Positions 27,655 through 36,346 are shown, numbered from the stretch's first letter. The stretch is DNA of 64,000 nucleotides from an uncultured candidatus Porisulfidus sp. (GCA_965199685.1 OZ241323.1:1221283-1285282); one strand, 5' to 3'. Program-made: numbers and translations. The notes: generated by a model from the sequence alone, not told the origin.

Positions 27655-29451
27655 TCAATCATTTAGTTTGCCTTTTAAGAACTCAAATATATTTTTGAAT
27701 TTGGTAATCGTTGTTTTATGAAGTTTAATTTCTGTTCTATGAATGTACAGGTGTTCAATCGCAAGATTGAATTCCTTTTTTTTGTATGCTTTGTGCCCTT
27801 GATAACAAATTTGGATAATACGGATTTTTTCTGTTTCTGAAAACAGGTTCTCTGTTTCAAAATTTTTCCATTTTGAATTTATATTTTCAAGTGTAAAAAT
27901 TTGATTTTTTAAGTCGCAGCCAATGTTTTCTATGTAGCGATTTTTTTCTTTCTCCCCTGCTTCATCAGAGTCGAAAAGGGCAATAAATTTTCTACTCCAT
28001 CCAATGTATAGACGAAAGATATCTTCATAACTACTTGCTCCTACCCCCGGATAAAAGTTTAGCTTATATTGATTATTGAAAATAACTTCTGCAACATATC
28101 TGAATGTGTAATAGTCACATTTTCCTTCAGTAAAAATGAGCAATGGGACTAATTCCAATTTACTGGGGACATAGTCTAAAGCATCTAAAATTGGCTTAAA
28201 GTGATACTCTTGATCAGGATACTGAGCAGCAAAATTTTTATATAAGTCTATGCTAATGTCTGTCTTATTAATGTTCCCTTCTTCCGGCTTATCATAGTCT
28301 ATTGCTTGATTCTTCACAATATAAGTTCCTGCAAGCCATTTAGGATTTATTAAGTGCGGGCTATGTGTTGAATAAATAAGTTTACAATCAGAAAAAGTAT
28401 TTTCTAATGACTCTAAGAGCTTTTGTTGTGAACGGTAATGTAAATTACTTGCTGGCTCATCAAGTAAAAATAGAGTTTCTCCTTTATCGGCTGAGCGGGA
28501 TTTTCTAAATGCCGTGAATATTAAAAAGCTAAAAAACCACCTGAATCCTAGGCTTCTGTCTTTCATTGAATAAATATTGCCTCCTTGTTTAATCTTGATT
28601 TCAAGAAAATACCCTTGGTCTTCACCATACGAAATACTTATCGTTTTTTTCTGTTTTTTACCAAGGATTTCATCCCATTTTTGTAATACTTCTTCATTAA
28701 GTTTTTGTTCCATATTTGAAAGCAACTGTCCTAAGGCTTGTTTGTCTGCTTCATCTTCCTTATTTCGCATTCTTTTTAGCAAGTGTGTTTCTATATTTAA
28801 ATTATCCCCACATGAGGTCAGAATATCTTGCACTACAGCCATGTATCCTTCTAGTTTTGTTTCCGCTCTGTCAAAACTTTCAAGATATATTTTTTCTGGG
28901 AACCCATATAAAAAATTTTTATAGTATAGAATTTTGGGGAAATGATTATCTTCAATAAATGTTAAAAACTCTTGCCATATTTCTTCATCCCAATCAATAA
29001 GATTTATTTTTGCTTCGCTTCCTTTAGGTATACCCCCAAAATCTACACCCCAATAATCTGTAAATGGTTCATTAGGATCAAGCTTTGATTCCTTAAACTT
29101 AAATTCCTTATTTACTTCAATCTTAAGCGGAATATTAGGAGTTTTCAAAGAAAAGTCATAATCTTGTAGATAACTTTTGAAAGCCTCCGTGTCTTTATCA
29201 TCCGCTTCCAATTCTGCTTCAACAGAAATTGTTTCGCTAAACGAGAGTTGCTGATCTTTGGGGATTAGAGTATGGGCATTTTCTTTGTCAATGCCATGTT
29301 GAAAGAAATTAATTGCCTCAAGTATTGATGTTTTCCCGCTTTCGTTTAAGCCCACCAATGTGAAAATATTAATATTAGGCTTTTGATCTAGATTTAATTC
29401 AAGTTCTTTAATCCCTTTGTAGTTTTTGATAGTAAACTTTGTATATCTCAT
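27655..29451 (-). CDS. OLD-family-like ATPase-Toprim nuclease (ABC-type ATPase N-terminal, Toprim C-terminal)
   Basis: 598 aa. Walker A GLNESGKTS, Walker B LFLLDEPASNLH, STHSPH H-loop. The C-terminal LLIFTEGKCDYYTFRY ... ALFDSDEAGEKE supplies the Toprim Glu and DxD motifs. Confidence 0.75.
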   Translation of the reverse strand: MRYTKFTIKNYKGIKELELNLDQKPNINIFTLVGLNESGKTSILEAINFFQHGIDKENAHTLIPKDQQLSFSETISVEAELEADDKDTEAFKSYLQDYDFSLKTPNIPLKIEVNKEFKFKESKLDPNEPFTDYWGVDFGGIPKGSEAKINLIDWDEEIWQEFLTFIEDNHFPKILYYKNFLYGFPEKIYLESFDRAETKLEGYMAVVQDILTSCGDNLNIETHLLKRMRNKEDEADKQALGQLLSNMEQKLNEEVLQKWDEILGKKQKKTISISYGEDQGYFLEIKIKQGGNIYSMKDRSLGFRWFFSFLIFTAFRKSRSADKGETLFLLDEPASNLHYRSQQKLLESLENTFSDCKLIYSTHSPHLINPKWLAGTYIVKNQAIDYDKPEEGNINKTDISIDLYKNFAAQYPDQEYHFKPILDALDYVPSKLELVPLLIFTEGKCDYYTFRYVAEVIFNNQYKLNFYPGVGASSYEDIFRLYIGWSRKFIALFDSDEAGEKEKNRYIENIGCDLKNQIFTLENINSKWKNFETENLFSETEKIRIIQICYQGHKAYKKKEFNLAIEHLYIHRTEIKLHKTTITKFKNIFEFLKGKLND

Positions 29452-29513
29452 ATTGAAATTTTTTTACCTATCCTGTAGTAGTCATAAACCCATACATTCA
29501 GTTGATTTAGACA

Positions 29514-29777
29514 TTATCCATCAGGGTCCTTATTGTATTTGGGACTTTTTCCATTATGTGTTCTACGATAATTTGCAAGTTCCTGTCGTTCCCTCTTTTT
29601 TGCATAATATTCAGTTATATATGCTTCCTTAGAAGTTTTCATGCAATCAAATTTTTTATCCAATCTATGCTCTCTCTCGCGTCGTTCTGGATCGTCGGTT
29701 GTGCCGATGTAGACTATTTCGTTTCCTCTCAATAATATATAAACGTAATAGACGACAATATTTTGTAGTTGCACCAT
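29514..29777 (-). CDS. Small GIY-YIG nuclease-domain protein
   Basis: 87 aa. VYYVYILLRGNEIVYIGTTDDPERREREH matches the GIY-(x10)-YIG...R..EH pattern. It lies 62 nt upstream of the OLD-like gene on the same strand. Confidence 0.65.
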   Translation of the reverse strand: MVQLQNIVVYYVYILLRGNEIVYIGTTDDPERREREHRLDKKFDCMKTSKEAYITEYYAKKRERQELANYRRTHNGKSPKYNKDPDG

Positions 29778-29908
29778 AAGATATTCTCTTTGATATTAAT
29801 TTACCTAAATATAGACACTAGTGCTAAATTTCAAGGCTTTGGTGATAAAAATATGAAATTATTGTATAAACCCTCTTAACGAAAATAATCAGCCAATCTC
29901 GGAATGCG

Positions 29909-30031
29909 ATCTTGGAAATCTAGCTTACTTAAGGTTTTATCAGCATCAGGCACAGAGGTGACTTATATTACAAATCTCATTTAAGTGGAGACCCTCACAA
30001 TGGGTGAAGGTCAGATGAGGTAGCATTTCCC
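29909..30031 (+). promoter_or_regulatory. Conserved ~120-bp upstream element, copy 2 (plus strand, upstream of the Gp37/Gp68 gene)
   Basis: Same ordered blocks as copy 1: 29909-29935 atcttggaaatctagcttacttaaggt; 29956-29963 aggtgact; 29978-29986 catttaagt; hairpin gaccctcac-aatg-ggtgaaggtc at 29990-30012; catttccc at 30024-30031. Confidence 0.5.
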
Positions 30032-30206
30032 TGAATAATGATTTTGAGGCAATTATCAGCCTTATGATGCAATGCCAGATAGGAGACCTATCTTGAAAGT
30101 TGATGTAAAATGCCATGATATATTAGACAAATGAGGTCAAAAGAACGCAAGCTGTTATACTGATTTTCAACGGTTTAACATACATTTCCAGAAAGCGCGA
30201 AGAATA

Positions 30207-31110
30207 ATGGCAACATCAAAAATTGAGTGGACAGAGTTTACTTGGAACCCGGTGACGGGTTGTACGAAAGTATCCTCAGGCTGCAAAAACTGTTATGCCG
30301 AAAGTTTAGCGAAGCGTCTGCGGACAATGCGTGTAGAGGGTTATGAAATGCCGTTCACTAAGGTGCGGGAATTGCCCGACAGATTGGATCAACCGAGACA
30401 CCGAAAATCACCAACCGTCTACTTTGTGAATTCAATGAGTGATTTATTTCATGAAAAAGTTTCGTTTAAGTTTATAGATAAAGTCCTCTCTGTGATTAGA
30501 GATACCAGCCATCATACCTACCAAGTTCTAACAAAACGTCCTCAACGTATGGCACGGTATTTTGCACGCCGAGAAGTCCCTCCCAACATGTGGCTTGGTG
30601 TTTCGGTTGAAGATAAAAAGTATGGCTTGCCGAGAATTCCGATACTGTGCAAGATTGCCACGCAACAAAGATTCTTATCGGTGGAACCTTTATTGGAAGA
30701 TTTAGGCACTATAAACTTGGATGGCATACATTGGGTTATTGTCGAGGGTGAGTCTGGACACAAAGCCAGACCAATGGACAAAGCATGGGTGATTTCAATT
30801 CACAAACAGTGCAAAGCGCAAAAAGTTCCTTTTCTCTTTAAGCAATGGGGACGTGGGATTGTTGAAAAAGTACCATCATGCACCGTAGGGGGTAATTGTC
30901 TAGTGCAGAACCACCACAACCACCCCGTCAGGCTTCGCCTGCCACCCCTCCAAAGGAGGGGAATGTACTAATGCAAACACTTTTTCAACAGCCCCACGTT
31001 GGGGTGAAGATGGAAAGAGTCGTAATAAAAAAGCAAACGGACGAACCCTAAATGGACAGGTCTGGAACGGCATACCTGTAGTAATGCAACGTCGGGTTGC
31101 TGGGAAGTAA
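30207..31110 (+). pseudogene. Phage Gp37/Gp68-family (DUF5131) gene interrupted by a MITE
   Basis: N-terminus MATSKIEWTEFTWNPVTGCTKVSSGCKNCYAE is typical of the family. The annotated ORF (30207-30971) runs into the MITE after ...FKQWGR. Removing 30855-30999 (141-bp MITE + one 4-bp ACGT copy) restores WGEDGKSRNKKANGRTLNGQVWNGIPVVMQRRVAGK*, with the stop at 31108-31110. Confidence 0.8.
30855..30995 (+). mobile_element. MITE copy (subtype a), 141 bp, inside the Gp37/Gp68 gene
   Basis: Ends gggattgttgaaaaa ... tttttcaacagcccc, flanked by direct ACGT (30851-30854 and 30996-30999). Internal palindromes caggcttcgcctg and cccctcc-aaa-ggagggg. Confidence 0.85.
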
Positions 31111-31297
31111 AATTGCCGTTTGATTTTGATATAAGTAGAGAAATTGAATTGTGCAGAACCGCTACAACCACCCCGTCAGATAGAACCGCCGATTGAGCCA
31201 GTAGGTCAATCGGCATTTCAATTTGTCCGACCAAGCGCGTTGTGTCTGCAAAAGTAATTTATTCATTCATTTCGTTTATGGAGATCAACACCAAATG

Positions 31298-31399
31298 GCG
31301 CAAGCGGTTACGGTTTTGCGAGACGATACTTTAGGAAGGGCATGTTAGCCCTCCCCTACCGTTTGCGTAGATTTTATGGATGAATGGATTGTTTGTGCA
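31298..31399 (+). repeat. H-type hairpin repeat unit (stem variant 1)
   Basis: gcgcaagcggttacggttttgcgagacgatactttaggaagggcatgttagccctcccctaccgtttgcgtagattttatggatgaatggattgtttgtgca. It abuts the 3' end of the Rpn-like pseudogene. Confidence 0.8.
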
Positions 31400-31422
31400 G
31401 GACTGCTACAACTACTGCAGGC

Positions 31423-32339
31423 TTAATCGGTAGTTTTACCGTTTAGTTTTTCAATTTCAGGGATAGGTAGACCTGTCACTTCGGAAATCAATGAAACTTC
31501 TAAACCTTTTTGCAACATATTCAAGACGATTTCGCGGTTTATTTTTTCTTTCATTGCTTCTTCCCTCAGCTGGTATTCCCACTCGCGTCTTTGTATGGAT
31601 ATAGCGTTCCACTCGTCTCTTTCCTCTTTGGATACTTCCATTAAATGTTCTAGTGCCATCTTCGTTTCTCCGTCTTGTGATAAATACTCTACTTGCTTGG
31701 GTGTCAATTCTGCCGAGTGTTTAATAATATAGCACCACCTATCTCTCATATCAACTAGTTCAAGGTGGCTCTTGTTAAAGTTTACTAATTCCACGACCAC
31801 CATTTCAAAATCCTTAGTCACTTGCTTACCATGATGCTTCTGCAAGGTCATTTTTACTTCGTTGATATAGTCTCCTTCACCAAACACATCAGCTAGGGTA
31901 AATGCCAGTAAGTAGGTAGGCTTAACTTCAGCATACTTTATTGTCCACGCTTGAGCTGGCGAGTATGCAACTGCCCCCAATAAATCACCATTCTGGTTAT
32001 GAAATGTTCCTCAAAATAGACTTGCATTTCTATGTTGACATTCTCGCCGCTACTGAGTTTGACATTGAGGTCAAGCACCACCTGTTTACCATCGGGTGTA
32101 GCTGATGGAATAGAACTGTCTTGCAGATGTAGCTTATCGTCCGATGGGTTCTGTTGATTGGCGGTATCGGATGCCGTGTTTAGTATATCGGGATTGACTA
32201 ACGATATATCGGTAGCGTCATCGGAGACTGGCAGGAAGCTCTTAATCAATGAAAACAGTAATTGCTTATTGGTTGAGAAGTATCGTTTGAAGAAAACGTC
32301 ATCTGTCAATTTCAAGTATTTAGTATATTTTTGTTTCAT
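31423..32339 (-). pseudogene. Rpn-family (YhgA-like, PD-(D/E)XK) recombination-promoting nuclease/putative transposase, frameshifted
   Basis: Two overlapping ORF-track fragments (31938-32408 and 31423-31980). The N-terminal part MKQKYTKYLKLTDDVFFKRYF...VLDLNV...NIEMQVYFEEHFITRMVIYWGQL stops at 31938-31940. The family continues in another frame (KYAEVKPTYLLAFT...), implying a 1-nt indel near 31940. The likely true ATG is at 32339. The C-terminus LQKGLEVSLISEVTGLPIPEIEKL is typical. Confidence 0.75.
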
Positions 32340-32605
32340 AGTAGGTCCTCTATAAGTTATAGTTGGGAACTTATAGTGTGGACGAGTATTTAGGGGGTCG
32401 GAGAACATTCCGATGAACGGTAGTAAATATTGGATGAGTGGTATGAGGTGACCGAAAACATTATGTTTTAGGCAGTTGTGCGAAGGTGCGGGAAATGGTT
32501 ATCGGTGAATTTGGGGGCGCGGGGCGGTTACGGTTTTGCAGGACGGTACGTTAGGGTGGATATGCAAATCCGCCCCTACCGTTTGCGTAAATTTTATGGA
32601 TGAAT

Positions 32606-32746
32606 GGGGCTGTTGAAAAAGTACCATCATGCACCGTAGGGGATAACTGTCTAGTGCAGAACCACCACAACCACCCCGTCAGGCTGCGCCTGCCACCCCT
32701 CCACAGGAGGGGAATGTACCAATGCAGACACTTTTTCAACAGCCCC
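32606..32746 (+). mobile_element. MITE copy (subtype a), 141 bp, inserted in an H-type unit (stem variant 2)
   Basis: ggggctgttgaaaaa...tttttcaacagcccc flanked by direct GAAT (32602-32605, 32747-32750). Removing it restores the host-repeat string atggatgaatggattgtttgtgc. Confidence 0.85.
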
Positions 32747-32948
32747 GAATGGATTGTTTGTGCGGAACTGCTACAACCACCCTCCGTCAGATAGAACCGC
32801 CGATTGAGCAAGACATATTGCGGATAATCGTAAATCAAGTCATTTTCCTGTTTTCTACAAAAATATTATTAATTGTCACATATAATATAAACAACTTATG
32901 AAACTCTATGCCCTTTAAGATTTATACAAACTGTTTAATAGAATAGTC

Positions 32949-33589
32949 GTGGCTACGATACAAGAAAAAATTATCAAATTAGCAAACATGTATTCTAAAA
33001 CCCTAATAAAAAAAACAAAGAATCGCTTAATCGAAATGAAACAGGATGACTGTTCACATTATTTAATCTATGAAGTGTTAGGAATAAGCTCAGAATAAGC
33101 TCAAAAGAAGGAAAACTTATTGATACTTATCAGAACAAAGGTCGTTTTCTCTATAAATATGCCGGCTCCTTTTTAGAGGAAGCAACAATTTTATGTTTTG
33201 AAGAAAGATTTGAACATACTAAGAGAAAAGTGAAAATTCAAAATAAACTTGGCACGAGACCAAAAACTTTTGAAATTGACTGTGTGGTAGGAAATCAGGC
33301 ATTAGAAATAAAATGGAGAGATGCGACCACTGATGGAGACCATATAAACAAAGAACATATTAGACTACAGAATATTAAAAATGCTGGATACAAACCAATT
33401 CGTATAATGTTTTACTACCCTAACAGAACTCAAGCCATAAGAATTCAAGAAACATTGAAAACAATCTACTTAGGAATAGAAGGAGAATACTACCAAGGGG
33501 ATGAGGCTTGGTCTTATGTCAAAAAGGAAACTGATGTTGACTTGTTTAACATTCTTCAAGAAATAGTAAAAAATAAGACCAAAGAATGA
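32949..33589 (+). pseudogene. Type II restriction endonuclease-like (PD-(D/E)XK) gene disrupted by an 11-bp tandem duplication
   Basis: The upstream frame (GTG 32949 or ATG 32988) ends at TAA 33096-33098, inside the duplicated aataagctcag/aataagctcaa (33083-33093 / 33094-33104). Deleting one copy fuses it in frame to the 33230-33589 ORF, which contains FEIDCVV...ALEIKW (D...ExK-like). Its stop overlaps the methyltransferase start (ATGA). Confidence 0.65.
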
Positions 33590-34802
33590 CTTTTTCATAC
33601 GCAAAGCCATCGTGCTTAATACATGGAGATTGCAAATACGAACTGCAAAAGGTAGCAGAAAATTCTGTTGATTTAATCTATCTTGACCCTCCGTTTTTCA
33701 CGCAAAAAAAACAAACGCTAAAAAACAAGCAAAATAAAGAATACACCTTCAACGATTATTGGGACAATATAGGCACCTACCAAAATTATATTCGGGAACG
33801 ATTAAAGATATGCAAAAAAGTATTGAAAAATACTGGAAGTATTTTTTTGCACTGTGATCGTTCGGCTTCACACTACTTAAGAATTGCTCTTGATGAGGTT
33901 TTCGGTGCCGAAAACTTCCAAAGCGAAATTGTTTGGTTTTACAGAAGGTGGTCTAATGCAAAAAAAGGACTTTTGAATGCACATCAGGTTATTTTCTTTT
34001 ATAGCAAAACTAAAGATTTCAAATTTAACCCTATGTATACAGATTATTCACCCACAACAAATCTTGATCAGATCTTTCAGAGACGAAAGCGAGATGCAAA
34101 TGGAAAAACCATTTATAAAACGCTGGAAAATGGAGACATAGAGCTAGTTGATAAAAAAAGGGAGTGCCTCTCTCCGATGTATGGGATATTCCATATTTGA
34201 ACCCAAAGGCAAAAGAAAGAGTTGGGTATCCGACTCAAAAGCCTATTTTACTTTTAGATAAAATCATTGAGCTTGTCACCGATGAAGGTGATACCGTTTT
34301 AGATCCGTTCTGTGGAAGCGGCACAACACTTGTTGCTGCACAATTTCTCAATAGAAAATATATTGGTATTGATTTATCGAAACAGGCTATTGAACTTTCA
34401 AACATGAGATTGAAACAGCCTATAAAAACAGAATCAAAATTATTAAATAATGGAAAGAATTCTTACATCAATCAAGACCCATCGATTACTTCAATTTTAA
34501 GTAGACTGCAAATTACACCGGTGCAGCGGAATAAAGGTATTGATGGCTTCTTGAAAATAGAAGGCTCTGTTAGACCTATTCCTGTTAAAATCCAACGCGA
34601 CTACGAGACATTAGAAGAGGCTGCACAATTATTGTTACAGGCGGGGCAACGTATACAATATCCCCAAAGAATACTTATTAAAAAAAATAGTTTTCGTTCA
34701 AACGAACTTTTTACTTTCAGTCAAAATTTTCCTAAAGATTTAATAATCATTGATAATGTTGATGAACTAGACAAAGAAAAGTTAATGAGTAATATAAAGT
34801 GA
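33586..34802 (+). pseudogene. Beta-class N6/N4 DNA methyltransferase split by a frameshift in an A7 run
   Basis: The N-terminal ORF has DLIYLDPPFF (motif IV). The C-terminal ORF has VGYPTQKP and VLDPFCGSGTTLVAA (motif I). The frames join if the A7 run at 34153-34159 were A8 (..DKKKGVPLSDVWDIPYLN..). Confidence 0.8.
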
Positions 34803-34958
34803 CTTTATAGAGAGTGCTGAAAAATGGAGCTGCTGTTTGAGCGAGTAGGTCAATTGGCGTGACATTGTGCAGAACTATGGCATATTAGGTAGCCAGGCAT
34901 TACAAAATGCATAGGTCTGACACCCTTCGAGAGGGAGAGGAATAGTCCGCTTGCAGGC

Positions 34959-35291
34959 TTAATCGGCAGTTTTACCGTTTAGTTTTTCAATCTCGGGGAT
35001 GGGTAAGCCTGTCATTTCGGAAATCTCCGAAACCTCTAGACCTTTTTGTAACATATACCAAGCAATGTCTTGAGCTGTGTTTATTGCACCTTCTTCCCTG
35101 CCCATCACCCGATACTCTTTTATGATTTGATCCAGAACTTTTTCTATGCCATGAACTTGAACTTCTTCTCTCAGTTCTTTTTTCAATGCTTTTGTTTCAA
35201 CTTGGCATTTCCATTCATGTCTAGATCGGATTAGGGCGTTCCAATACCCTCTGTTCTCTTGGGATACTTCCATTAAATGCTTTAATGTCAT
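34959..35291 (-). pseudogene. Rpn-family C-terminal remnant (110-aa ORF; degenerate homology continues to ~35430)
   Basis: TLKHLMEVSQENRGYWNA...LQKGLEVSEISEMTGLPIPEIEKLNGKTAD parallels the C-terminus of 31423-31980. Upstream DNA still resembles 31650-31810 but is out of frame. The nuclease N-terminus is absent. Confidence 0.6.
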
Positions 35292-35532
35292 TTTGGTCTC
35301 TCCGTCTTATGATAAATACTTTACTTGCTCGGCTGTCAAATCTGCGAGTGTTTGATAATAACACCACCTATCTCTTGTATCAACTAGCTCAAGGTGGTTT
35401 TTGTTAAAGTTCACTAATTCCACGACTGCCATTTAGGACAAGCCTTAGCTTGCGCGACCTACATACTTACGCTAAGGTTCCATACAATGTTATGCCGTTT
35501 GTTGCCGCTGCAACAAACAGCGGTTCTATTTT

Positions 35533-36000
35533 TCAATAGCCCCAAATTTTAACTTGAGGTTGACGGTATGCCAGCTTTTCCTCACGGGTCCAATCAGGGA
35601 GTCCATTTTTTAGCTGTTCAACATCGCCGACAGTTAAAAGTGTCATTTCGGAAATCTCCGAAACCTCATAACCTTTTTGCAACATGTTCAAAGCAATTTC
35701 TCGAACTTTGTTTGCTGAACCTTCTTCCCTGCCTATAACCCGATACTTTTTTGTGATTCGATCTAGAACTTTTCCTATGCCGTGAGCCTGAACTTCTTCT
35801 CTCACTTCCTCTATTCTCAGTTGATCTTCCCACTCGCGTCTACTTATGGATATAGCGTTCCAACGTTCTCTCTCCTCTTTGGATACTTCCTTTAAGTGAT
35901 CTAATGCCATCTTCGTCTCTCCGTCTTGTGATAAATACGCTACTCGCTCGGGTGTCAATTCCGCCGAGTGTTTAATAATATAGCACCACCTATCCGCCAT
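35533..36000 (-). pseudogene. Rpn-family C-terminal remnant (155-aa ORF) truncated by repeats at both ends
   Basis: It begins at (M)ADRWCYIIKHSAELTPERVAYLSQDGETKMALDHL, which matches residues in the middle of the 31423-31980 fragment. Upstream DNA (36001+) is an H-type repeat. The last codons (KIWGY*) are read from a MITE-end-like tttttcaatagcccc (35529-35543). Confidence 0.6.
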
Positions 36001-36346
36001 ATCAATTAGCTCATGCTAGCCCTCCCCTACCGTTTGCGGAAATTTTATGGATGAATGAGGCTGTTGAAAAAGTATTCCATAGAATTGTAGGGGCGGATAA
36101 TTGAAATGCCGATTGATCTACTGGCTCAATCGGCGGCTTTATTCTGCCCTAACGCAACGTACTTGCACGATTTATACATTCATCCACCAAATTTATGGGA
36201 ACCAAAACCAAGTGGCGCGGGGCGGTTACGGTTTTGCAGGACGGTACCGTAGGGCGGATATGCAAATCCGCCCCTACGGTTTTCATAAATTATATGGCAC
36301 ATAGTGGTTCAATTTGTGCAGACGCAGCGCGTTAGGGAGGGCATGT

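Noticed and set aside
27655-29451. Gabija (GajA) call for the ATPase-Toprim protein.
   Set aside because: No UvrD-like GajB helicase is adjacent. The downstream partner is a Ymh/HEPN-like protein, so I keep it as OLD-like or unclassified.
29514-31110. Prophage remnant, suggested by the GIY-YIG and Gp37/Gp68 genes.
   Set aside because: There are no integrase, terminase, capsid, tail or lysis genes, and no att-like tRNA fragment in the window. Both families also occur outside prophages.
31423-32408. Rpn-family 'putative transposase' as the autonomous element mobilising the MITEs; also the ORF-track N-terminal extension MFSDPLNTRPHYKFPTITYRGPT.
   Set aside because: The MITE TIRs do not flank any Rpn copy, and Rpn proteins are not established transposases. 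The family N-terminus starts at MKQKYTKYL (ATG 32339), so the extension is probably untranslated.
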